Under the pieces are notes generated by a model. It saw nothing but the letters and a program-made list of their open reading frames with translations. It did not search any database and was not told where the DNA came from. DNA of 63,249 nt, filler included, from Octopus bimaculoides (taxonomy: Eukaryota): the NCBI RefSeq assembly GCF_001194135.2. It is 5 parts of 5 records of this genome, joined end to end, with 100 filler letters (N's around TTAATTAATTAA, not from the genome) between each part and the next. Parts side by side here need not be neighbours in the genome. Positions count along the whole stretch, not along the records: positions 37,016 to 44,202 come from NC_069007.1; positions 44,303 to 57,261 come from NC_068993.1; 3 more parts are not named here. One strand, given 5' to 3'. Both the position numbers and the translations under genes were made by a program. Positions 40,834 to 51,755 of this stretch are shown one piece after another; the first letter of the stretch is position 1; each line of letters begins with the position of its first letter.

Positions 40834-41230
40834 CTCCGTCGCTTACGACGTCGAGGGTTCCAGTTGATCCGATCAACAGAACAGCCTGCTCGTGAAATTA
40901 ACGTGCAAGTGGCTGAGCACTCCACAGACACGTGTACCCTTAACGTAGTTCTCGGGGAGATTCAGCGTGACACAGTGTGACAAGGCTGACCCTTTGAATT
41001 ACAGGCACAACAGAAACAGGAAGTAAGAGTGAGAGAAAGTCGTGGTGAAAGAGTACAGCAGGGTTCGCCACCATCCCCCTGCCGGAGCCTCGTGGAGCTT
41101 TAGGTGTTTTCGCTCAATAAACACTCACAATGCCCGATTCCCAGACCGGGCATTGTGCCCGGTCTGGGAATCGAAACCGCAATCCTATGACCGCGAGTCC
41201 GCTACCCTAACCACTGGGCCATTGCGCCTC
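40834..41230 (-). mobile_element. SINE family B, full length
   Basis: Minus-strand head GCGCAATGGCCCAGTGGTTAGGGTAGCGGACTCGCGGTCATAGGATTGCGGTTTCGATTCCC. Confidence 0.9.
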
Positions 41231-41367
41231 CACATACAAGCACGGATGCACACCTAAACACACACCTTGATATAGCACGAATGCACGCGAAAGCACACAC
41301 ATACTCGTACATATATTCAAAGGATGCTGAAAATTTCCTACCTATGAGTAAAAGAAAAGGCAGAGGT

Positions 41368-41480
41368 AAAGAATACATACACCACCCGTTTTCGGCGTAA
41401 CCTTAACCCTAACTCCTAACCCCAACCCGTAACCCTAAAGCCTAACCCTAACCCTAAACACCGGATGTGCGTATTTCTTT
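41368..41480. repeat. Short hairpin-ended element with an interstitial degenerate (CCCTAA)n array
   Basis: Flanks CCACCCGTTTTCGGCGTAACC and AAACACCGGATGTGCGTATT also occur at 28612-28671 without the array. Confidence 0.75.
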
Positions 41481-41504
41481 AATTTCGCCAAAAGAAAATA
41501 CAGG

Positions 41505-41800
41505 AGGGTCAGTTAATTATGATTTTATTCAACATATTCCCCTTTCCGATTCATACACTTATTGCAGCGGTTTTTCAGTTTTTCGAAGCCCTTTAAAAAG
41601 AACACGGAAGGTTGGGCCTCCAACCAGCCCTTTCGCAGCACTCTTAAGACCAGGAACTTTCCAGCACCCTCTCCTCCGTCCATCCGTCCATCAATCAATC
41701 AATCAATCAATCATAGCTGCACCCTAGTTACACGAGAAAAGCCATTGCCAAAATGACTTGCTGAAACGATTCATTACTGATGCCCTTATATGACTTTTAA
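41505..41800 (-). mobile_element. Decayed mariner transposase 3' fragment
   Basis: Minus-strand WLEAQPS..F...(L)KN..AAISV..GNMLN resembles the mariner C-terminal WLxxQPxxFYxxGIxKLxxRWxKCVxxxGxYxE motif. Confidence 0.5.
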
Positions 41801-42929
41801 GCCCAGCCAAAGTTTAGCACATTTTATTACATACTGGACAATTGTGCTGGCTGGCAGGAGAAACAGGTGCCACCGTATGCACTCTCTTAACATGTCTTTT
41901 CAGACCTTCAACTGAGATGCAAACCGTTCCACATTTTACATATTGTGAATTGTAAAAGCCACATCACTTCAAGATACAAGCACTAATGCACACCTAAACG
42001 CATACACGAATCTGAGAGGAGAATGTCACGTACATTCATGCACGCATACACACACACACACATGTTGGCACTCCGTCGCTTACGACGTCGAGGGTTCCAG
42101 TTGATTCGATCAACGGAACAGCCTGCTCGTGAAATTAACGTGCAAGTGGCTGAGCACTCCACAGACACGTGTACCCTTAACGTAGTTCTCGGGGGATATT
42201 CAGCGTGACACAGAGTGTGACAAGGCTGACCCTTTGAATTCCAGGTACAACAGAAACAGGAAGAAAGAGTGAGAGAAAGTTGTGGTGGAAGAGTACAGCA
42301 GGGTTCGCCACCATCCCCTGCCGGAGCCTCATGGAGCTTTTAGGTGTNNNNNNNNNNNNNNNNNNNNNNNNNNNNNNNNNNNNNNNNNNNNNNNNNNNNN
42401 NNNNNNNNNNNNNNNNNNNNNNNNNNNNNNNNNNNNNNNNNNNNNNNNNNNNNNNNNNNNNNNNNNNNNNNNNNNNNNNNNNNNNNNNNNNNNNNNNNNN
42501 NNNNNNNNNNNNNNNNNNNNNNNNNNNNNNNNNNNNNNNNNNNNNNNNNNNNNNNNNNNNNNNNNNNNNNNNNNNNNNNNNNNNNNNNNNNNNNNNNNNN
42601 NNNNNNNNNNNNNNNNNNNNNNNNNNNNNNNNNNNNNNNNNNNNNNNNNNNNNNNNNNNNNNNNNNNNNNNNNNNNNNNNNNNNNNNNNNNNNNNNNNNN
42701 NNNNNNNNNNNNNNNNNNNNNNNNNNNNNNNNNNNNNNNNNNNNNNNNNNNNNNNNNNNNNNNNNNNNNNNNNNNNNNNNNNNNNNNNNNNNNNNNNNNN
42801 NNNNNNNNNNNNNNNNNNNNNNNNNNNNNNNNNNNNNNNNNNNNNNNNNNNNNNNNNNNNNNNNNNNNNNNNNNNNNNNNNNNNNNNNNNNNNNNNNNNN
42901 NNNNNNNNNNNNNNNNNNNNNNNNNNNAC

Positions 42930-43084
42930 ACATATATACACACACACTCACACATATACACACACGTATCTAGACACAAACACACAGCAAAACGCACACC
43001 TAGACATGCACATACACACACACACACACATATACACACACGTATCTAGACACAAACACACAGCAAAACACACACCTTGACATG

Positions 43085-43117
<33 letters not shown>

Positions 43118-43340
43118 GTATCTAGACACAAACACACAGCAAAACGCACACCTAGACATGCACATACACACACACTCACTCACACACACACGTATCTAGA
43201 CACAAACACAGCAAAACGCACACCTAGACATGCACATACACACACACATATACACACACGTATCTAGACACAAACACACAGCAAAACGCACACCTTGACA
43301 TGCACACACACACATATACAAACACGTATCTATACACAAA
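42930..43340. repeat. About 70-bp CA-rich minisatellite, 5-6 units
   Basis: Recurring CACGTATCTAGACACAAACACACAGCAAAACGCACACC. Confidence 0.9.
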
Positions 43341-43858
43341 CAAATACACACCTTAACACATGTACACATATAAACGTAAACACATACACATACATACAAA
43401 TATTAATAAATACTTACACACACACACAGAATGTTGTCGACAAGCGTGTTTTTTTCTTTTTCTTTCTTTCTTTCCTTAGATAACTTCGACCAAAATTCCT
43501 TATCGTCGCGTGTACTTAGGTTCCGTTCAGGTTCTGATAACCCTCTAACCCTATCCGATCCACCCGTCTCCCCCACCGTCGACCAACAGCCAGTGTGTCA
43601 CCCTCGCCCCGACACATAGACCACCTCTCTGTCTAATTCCCTCACCACCACCACCACCACCTCCCAACTTCAGCACCAGCTGTTATCAGTTCTATTAATT
43701 GGCGAAGTCTTTATCGCTAAAACAGAAACAATGCTGGTTTATTTTATTTGTGTCTTGTGGTGGTGGTGGTGGTGGTCTGGGAGACACCTCAAGCAAGAAT
43801 TCTCTCAATGACGAGCTGGCAGAAATAGTTTAGTTACTAAACGATTCTGCCAGCTCGT

Positions 43859-44133
43859 CAGGAGTTTTCAAACTTTTTGACTTGCGGACCCCTTTATATT
43901 TCAGGCTTTACCTTCCCCTTATAAACGCTTATGAAATTTGTACATAAATATTTGCTTAAAATAAAACATATATTTTTACATTTATTTATTTAACAGTATT
44001 TAACAAATAGGTTTATTGTCAATTAAAAGATTTCGATTAAAAAACATATATAAAATCAAATTGCTCATAAAAAGTATTTGCTGTCCACGGACCCCCTGTC
44101 TTGTCCTTGCGGACCACAGTTTCAAAACCCCTG
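43859..44133. mobile_element. hAT-like MITE inserted into a family C SINE head
   Basis: TIRs CAGGAGTTTTCAAACT / AGTTTCAAAACCCCTG; candidate 8-bp TSD GTTTAGTT / GTTTAGTA; the SINE resumes at 44134. Confidence 0.7.
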
Positions 44134-44551
44134 GTTTAGTAGCACCGAACGAAATGAGCAATGGCATTTCTTCCAGCTATTTAGAGTTCTGAGCTCAAAT
44201 CTNNNNNNNNNNNNNNNNNNNNNNNNNNNNNNNNNNNNNNNNNNNNTTAATTAATTAANNNNNNNNNNNNNNNNNNNNNNNNNNNNNNNNNNNNNNNNNN
44301 NNCAAACACATAATTTTCTTATGGTTTCTTAAACATTCACTTGAACAAAACTGTACAAATCCAAATATATGGTACCCTAGGCATAACACCTACATGAACT
44401 TCTAACTTGTTGTCTATTGAGGTCTCTGGGTGAGACTTGGATCCAACTTGTACAAATGCAAAACAAAAGTCAAACATAAAATAATAATAATAATAATAAT
44501 AGCATCGAAAAATACCTTAGGAATGAGAACCCATGTTCGAAATTTTACCAA

Positions 44552-44597
44552 GACACCTGATGAAGGCTGGTGGGTATATCAGCCGAAACGTTGTGTT
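44552..44597 (+). ncRNA. Minimal type I hammerhead ribozyme motif (Penelope-type), intact core
   Basis: GACAC-CTGATGA-A-GGCTG(10 nt)CAGCC-GAAA-CG-T-T-GTGTT: stem I of 4 Watson-Crick pairs plus G-U, 5-bp stem II, palindromic ACGU stem III, GUU cleavage triplet. Cleavage would be after 44592. Confidence 0.75.
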
Positions 44598-44824
44598 AGC
44601 AACAAACAAGATGAGGACAAATATCCGCCAAGTAAATGATGTACCTAATTCTTCATCTCTTAAATATAGAACTATATATATATACATATAAAACAAATGA
44701 AAGACAGAAGATGGAATACACGCGAATTTATTACTAATCACGGCAATTGTTTCGACACGTCTAGTATGGATTCCTCTTGGGTAGGACACTCAACAATTGG
44801 TTCAGGAGCTTCCGGTGGTGCAAA

Positions 44825-45300
44825 TGCACATTGTTATATCAAATGCATTTTCCCTATCTAATCTACTCCATAATGTACCATCAAAATCTACTAACGTGGC
44901 TCGCGCCGCAAGAATGATATTTATTTCTCGTCGAGACAAATCGGAATTTTTCATGCTAAAAATCAGGGCTTGATTGAGAACGATCGGGTTGATAATGGCA
45001 TAGTAGCTCTATATATCAAATTGCAAGAATTTACTAGTCTTACTAATTTCTTTAAGCTTGAACCATACAACCACTTCTTGGGTATCAGACCAGAGGGCTA
45101 ATCTAATTTTAGACTTAAGGACGAGTATTACCCTGTCAATGATATTTTTACTAATAATGCCAATATCGGATTTAGAAGGACAAATCAATCTAACTGAGGG
45201 GTCTATAAGAAAGTTAGGTTTATGGTCCTTAAGCAAAATCCGGGGTTTTGGGGGACGTAGGATTTGGTTCTATCATCTATATCTAGATGTCTGACGATTT
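44825..45300 (-). mobile_element. Penelope-like element reverse transcriptase fragment
   Basis: LKDHKPNFLIDPSVRLICPSKSDIGIISKNIIDR...W.DTQEVVVWFK...FLQFDI then ...NAFDITM, matching the KDHKxNF...RLINPxKSxIG...QFDIxxFYPSI...FDVTMG type of PLE RT. Confidence 0.85.
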
Positions 45301-45505
45301 GTAGCTCTGACGATTTGTGGGCGCGCGCGCGTTTTCTCTGTTCATCTGGAATTTCTGAGGCTGTACGTTAGTGTAAATGTAGCACACTTGTCGAAATATT
45401 TACCTTAGTCAATGCAAGACGATCGCTTATAAGCTTTAAAATTATAAAATATTATTATTATTATTATTTACAGAACTTGAGCTTATATATATATGCATGT
45501 ATAGT

Positions 45506-45893
45506 CCTTTAGAGAGACTTAGAAATATTAATATTACTGTTTTTGAAAACCAGTGGATGTATTCCACTGAATTTAGGTAAATAATCCTTTGTACAGACGG
45601 TCAGTAGCTACACCTGCTGGGTTCGACTGCTCTACATTCATAAGAGGCAAACATCCTGAAACTAGTCTGTAGATGCCAGACCAGCAAGGGGAAGTGGCTG
45701 ACCTCTCCTGTTCGAAGGTTATAATGGACACAGGTTCGTGTGTCACATAGCTAGCTAGAGGCGATGGCCACTTGGAGCTAATCAACGGCAGCATTCGTCC
45801 TGTTTTTTGGATTGCCACGTTGGCTTTTGATACCTATTAATATCCAATACCTCTGCCGTAGTCTCCTTTAGAGAGACTTAGAAATATTAATAT
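45506..45893 (+). mobile_element. 359-bp unit bounded by perfect 29-bp direct repeats, containing a decayed hammerhead scaffold
   Basis: CCTTTAGAGAGACTTAGAAATATTAATAT at 45506-45534 and 45865-45893; hammerhead-like fold at 45631-45673. Confidence 0.6.
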
Positions 45894-45900
45894 ATATATA

Positions 45901-47089
45901 CAGGGGTTGGACAAAATAATGGAAACAGCTTGAATTCTACGAGGTATGGGCTCGTACAAAGTTTGAATTGTTTCCAAAGGAATTTTTGTCCGTTCTTCAG
46001 CTAAAACTGTCTCCAGTTCTTGTAGTGATGATGGTGGAGGGTATCGACTCCTTACTGTTTTCTAAAATGTTCAATAATATTGAGATCTGGGGACTGTGGT
46101 GGCCACATAAGATGTTCAACTTCACTAGAATGTTCCTCGTGCCATTCAGTAACAAATTCAGCTGTGTGAATCGGTGCATTATCATCCTGAAAGATAGCGT
46201 TTCCCTCCGTAAGAATCTCCGCAACCATAGGATGAATTTGATGAGATAAAATGCTTAAATAGTCTTGACTATTAATTCTGCCATGAAGGGAAACCATTGG
46301 GCCAGCGGATTTCGAAGATATAGCCTCCCCCTCCGATCATCACAGATCTTCCTCCATGTTTAACACTTGGAAGAAGGCAGTCTGGATCAAATGCTTCTTT
46401 TGGCTGTCTCCACACGTATACTCGGCCGGTGGTTGGAAATATAGTAAAGGATGACTTGTCCGAGAAAATAACATTCTTCCACTGCTCTAGGGCCAATTCT
46501 GTAGGGTTTTACTCCACTCTAAATGCTTTGCAACGTTTGTTTTTAAAAGTCGTGGTTTTCTGATTGCAGCCCTCCCATGAAATCCGGCTTTGTACAGCTC
46601 CCGGTGAACAGATTCTGTTGGAACTGGGTTCTAGAGGTGGTCATTATGTTCTGCAGTAATTTTGGGATCACAAAAGTAGATCCTTTCTAACAATTCGCAT
46701 AACAGTCCGATGGTCCTTATCTGAAGGTTTTGATTTTCTACCAGAGTTTTGTTTCGACGATGAGGTTTTTCCCTTTTTCTCAAAGGCTGTCATTACTTTT
46801 GAGACAGTACTTCTTGATACACCAAATATTTCGGCTGTTTTCGTTACGCTAGCGCCTGCTATACGAGCACCAACAATTTGACCTCTTTGAAAGTCCGATA
46901 GATCTGTCATTTCAATGAATTTTAATTACCTTTTTCTGATGATATCTGAAAAGAAACAACAATTTTAGCAAAACATATTAAGCCACACTAGTAATAAATC
47001 AAAAACATAAAATTATGTAAGCTTTGAACGGTTTTATAAATATTTCAAAATTATGATGCTGGGAGTTTCCATTATTCTGTTAAACCCTG
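45901..47089 (-). mobile_element. Full-length decayed Tc1-like transposon (about 1.19 kb)
   Basis: TIRs CAGGG.TT..ACA.AATAATGGAAAC, TA flanks; frameshifted transposase with HTH (LSDFQRGQIVGARIAGASV), D..motifs (VIFSDKS, FQDDNAPIH) and WPPQSPDLNIIE. Confidence 0.95.
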
Positions 47090-47483
47090 TATATATATGA
47101 CAAGGTGGAAAATTATAATGATGAAACTATTTAACTATTTTCTACCTTGTCTTATTTTCCTTATCTTACATATACGTCTCTCGTTACACATACAATCATT
47201 CACTTTCACTCAAATGAAAAGAAACTCTCACACAAACAAATATGTATGTGACTTTCCACACATTCATTCATATGCGTTTATATATCGGTGTCTATAAGGA
47301 ATTGCGTGTGTGTAAGAGTGCATGTCAGTAGCGCTAGAAGGGCGTGTTTGCAATAGACTTATAAAATTGCTATGTGTACGTGCATGTGTTTGCACGGGCT
47401 TGTATGTATATATATATATATATATATATAGATATGTGTGTATGTGTGTGTATGCATGTATGTATATATGTATGTATGCATAG

Positions 47484-47520
<37 letters not shown>

Positions 47521-47616
47521 TATGCAGGGCAGGGAATCATCAATTAGTAATAAAATTAATAATTAACGATTCTGCCGGGTAGCTCAGTATGAAAAAAACC
47601 TTTTTCGGTAAAATTT

Positions 47617-48445
47617 ATAATCATAAATATATAGGGATTGACAGTAACCTGCTTCTCCAACATACTGAGAATTCAGAAATAGCAGTCAAAGAACTACTGA
47701 TTTCAAAACTACAAATTATTACTCTAGATTGATAGCGATATTTTTGATACACACAGAACAAAAAACAGTAGAGAAGAGTAAAAAAACACTTGCCTTTAGT
47801 TAATTTNNNNNNNNNNNNNNNNNNNNNNNNNNNNNNNNNNNNNNNNNNNNNNNNNNNNNNNNNNNNNNNNNNNNNNNNNNNNNNNNNNNNNNNNNNNNNN
47901 NNNNNNNNNNNNNNNNNNNNNNNNNNNNNNNNNNNNNNNNNNNNNNNNNNNNNNNNNNNNNNNNNNNNNNNNNNNNNNNNNNNNNNNNNNNNNNNNNNNN
48001 NNNNNNNNNNNNNNNNNNNNNNNNNNNNNNNNNNNNNNNNNNNNNNNNNNNNNNNNNNNNNNNNNNNNNNNNNNNNNNNNNNNNNNNNNNNNNNNNNNNN
48101 NNNNNNNNNNNNNNNNNNNNNNNNNNNNNNNNNNNNNNNNNNNNNNNNNNNNNNNNNNNNNNNNNNNNNNNNNNNNNNNNNNNNNNNATAAATTTACTAG
48201 AATATTTAGCTGAAGATCAGAATAGAGTATTATGTACTCTTAACTGTGAAACAATTGTACTAAATTAACTAAAGGCGAGTGTTTTTTACTCTTCTCTATT
48301 GTTTTTTGTTCTGTGTGTATCAGAAATATCGCTATCAATCTGGAGTAATAATTTGTAGTTTTGAAATCAGTAGTTCTTTGACTGCTATTTCTGAATTCTC
48401 AGTATGTTGGAGAAGCAGGTTACTGTCAATCCCTATATATTTATG

Positions 48446-48450
<5 letters not shown>
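47617..48450. repeat. About 190-bp inverted repeat arms around a gap
   Basis: 47617-47806 is the reverse complement of 48262-48450 with about 4 substitutions and 1 indel. Confidence 0.9.
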
Positions 48451-48483
<33 letters not shown>

Positions 48484-48927
48484 CGTGCATACATATGTAT
48501 TTGGGGGGAATATTTGTGTGTTTGATAGATCCTTATTCATCAATTAATAGTGGGTGTTTAAATATTTAGTTGTAGTTTAAATTGACTTGTATGTGTTGCT
48601 TTGACTGCGGGTGTGTATATCTATAGTGTTGTATACGTGAGTGTGTGTTTTTTTTTATTTTTGGTGGTGTATGTGTGTGCATATGTATGCTTATGTTGTT
48701 TTGGAAATATATTCTGTAATTTGTAGTGTGTGGGTTTATGTTGTGTATGTTTGGCTTTGTGGGCGTGTTTTGCGTGTATGGGCGTGTGTGTATGTTTGTG
48801 TGTTTTTGTGGGGTGTGTGTGTTTGGTTTTATGGGAATATTTTATGTGCGAGAGTTATTGTGATGTGTGTATTATGGATTTTATTGTGCTTGTGTCATTG
48901 TGGTGTATGTTTGGCTTTACGGGAATG

Positions 48928-48961
<34 letters not shown>

Positions 48962-49742
48962 ACCTGTACAGACACATCTACACACATGCACATGCATTAA
49001 ACTTAATGCGTATTTATATGGTGAGCGTACATTTACTAAACTTGCATATGATAGACTCTTTCATTATAAAAAAATCGTTAAAAAATTCCTACATATATTC
49101 ATATATTTCCAAGCGCGCGCGCGCATATATGTGTGTATAANNNNNNNNNNNNNNNNNNNNNNNNNNNNNNNNNNNNNNNNNNNNNNNNNNNNNNNNNNNN
49201 NNNNNNNNNNNNNNNNNNNNNNNNNNNNNNNNNNNNNNNNNNNNNNNNNNNNNNNNNNNNNNNNNNNNNNNNNNNNNNNNNNNNNNNNNNNNNNNNNNNN
49301 NNNNNNNNNNNNNNNNNNNNNNNNNNNNNNNNNNNNNNNNNNNNNNNNNNNNNNNNNNNNNNNNNNNNNNNNNNNNNNNNNNNNNNNNNNNNNNNNNNNN
49401 NNNNNNNNNNNNNNNNNNNNNNNNNNTATATATATATATATATATATATGCACACACACATATACATATGCATATACACATGCATACATACATACACACA
49501 CACACACGCACACACACATATATATAAATATAGTCGAAATTTATAAAATAACAAAAGACGAAGACGAACAAGCAGGTGTATTAGTTTAACGATCGGGAAA
49601 GTGAAAAAGCCTCTTACGTTTCGAGCCTATGCTCTTCAACAGAAAGGAATAAGAGAAAATATACAGAGAGAGAATAAAATAAACTTGTGGATTTCGCATG
49701 GCGACTATATATATATATATATATATTTCTTTTTCTACTCTA

Positions 49743-49935
49743 GGCACAAGGCCCGAAATTTTGGGGGAGGGGGCAGTCGATTAGATCGACCCCAGTACGC
49801 AACTTGTACTTAATTTATCGACCCCGAAAAGATGAAAGGCAAAGTCGACCTCGGCGGAATTTGAACGCAGAACGTAAAGCCAGACGAAATACCGCGAACC
49901 ATTTCGCCCGACGTGCTAACGTTTCTGCCAGCTCG
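49743..49935 (-). mobile_element. SINE family C
   Basis: Minus strand GGCGTCGAGCTGGCAGAAACGTTAGCACG...TTCTGCGTTCAAATTCCGCCGAGGTCGACTTTGCCTTTCATC. Confidence 0.85.
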
Positions 49936-50346
49936 ACGCCTTTGACGACTATATATATAGTAAATGAGAAGAAGAGAAAATGGAATTCAAGAGATTCTTT
50001 ATTAATCACAACGATCATTTCGACCCATTTTGCATCGGTCCCTCGGAGGTGAGTTTTCAAAAGCTTCCTCGCTTAATGAATTCGGTTTCGCTTGTTTCTA
50101 TTATAATGAATTTCTTTATTTGTTGTCTGTATGCAAACAGCTACAAGTTAAATAACGATATAACCGTTTTGGACATGCGGAACACTTATACTCCTTTCAA
50201 AATTCGCTGGCACACCTGAACTAAGAATATGACTAAAGGTATAGGAGAAAAAATTATATTCAGGCTACACTGCAGAACACCTAGAATCGTCTCGTGACAT
50301 ACCAGTGTGACACGCCATAACGGTTACGGAGTACTGATATATTGTG

Positions 50347-50700
50347 TCACTCCGTCGGTTAATATAACGAGGGTTCCAGTTGATCCGATCAACAGAACAG
50401 TCTGCTCGTGAAATTAACGTACAAGTAAGTGAGCACTCCACAGACGTGTACCCTTAACACAGTTCTCGGGGAGATGCAGCGTGACATAGAGTGTGACAGG
50501 GCTGGCCCTTTGAAACTACAGGTATAACAGAAACAGGAAGAAAGAGTGAGAGAAAGTTGTGATGAAAGAGTACGGCAGGGTTCGCCACCACCCCTTGCCT
50601 GAGCCTCATGGAGTTTTACGTGTTTTCTTTCAATAAACATTCACAACGCCCGGTCTGGGAATCGAAAACGCTGCCGGAACCATTTAGCCATTGCGCCTCC
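50347..50700 (-). mobile_element. SINE family B
   Basis: Homology to 40834-41230. Confidence 0.85.
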
Positions 50701-51755
50701 ACACTGATACATACATACATACACACACACACACAAATACATATATATATATATATATANNNNNNNNNNNNNNNNNNNNNNNNNNNNNNNNNNNNNNNNN
50801 NNNNNNNNNNNNNNNNNNNNNNNNNNNNNNNNNNNNNNNNNNNNNNNNNNNNNNNNNNNNNNNNNNNNNNNNNNNNNNNNNNNNNNNNNNNNNNNNNNNN
50901 NNNNNNNNNNNNNNNNNNNNNNNNNNNNNNNNNNNNNNNNNNNNNNNNNNNNNNNNNNNNNNNNNNNNNNNNNNNNNNNNNNNNNNNNNNNNNNNNNNNN
51001 NNNNNNNNNNNNNNNNNNNNNNNNNNNNNNNNNNNNNNNNNNNNNNNNNNNNNNNNNNNNNNNNNNNNNNNNNNNNNNNNNNNNNNNNNNNNNNNNNNNN
51101 NNNNNNNNNNNNNNNNNNNNNNNNNNNNNNNNNNNNNNNNNNNNNNNNNNNNNNNNNNNNNNNNNNNNNNNNNNNNNNNNNNNNNNNNNNNNNNNNNNNN
51201 NNNNNNNNNNNNNNNNNNNNNNNNNNNNNNNNNNNNNNNNNNNNNNNNNNNNNNNNNNNNNNNNNNNNNNNNNNNNNNNNNNNNNNNNNNNNNNNNNNNN
51301 NNNNNNNNNNNNNNNNNNNNNNNNNNNNNNNNNNNAATGGTGTCAGTAAGACCCAAAGGTGTCAGGTAATGCTGAGTAAGTGCTACGGATAGACCACAGC
51401 TAAGCTCCAGGTTCGGTGATTATGCGAATAAGGAGTCCAACATAGGTCATATATCAGCGTGTGTATATATAAAATATCTTTTTTTTCAGAATGAGATAAA
51501 AAACCAAGGCTTTGAAGATTTTAAAACATTTATAAAAAGAAAGTCTTACAGCTGTTTCCAGGATATTTATTATATCCCTTCATCGGAGACGCTGTGAGAA
51601 AATTGTTAAGCAATAGTTAATTTAGATAAGATACGAAATAGAGTGAAGTGGAGGAATGAAAATATATGTGAGATATGCAGGGATATTGCATTTGTAGATC
51701 CCTTATTTAGGCAGAATGGTATACATATAAGTTTCCTATACCTTGTGATTGGACT

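Noticed and set aside
40834-41230. SINE heads as functional tRNA genes
   Set aside because: They continue into multi-copy SINE bodies and lack complete cloverleaf pairing.
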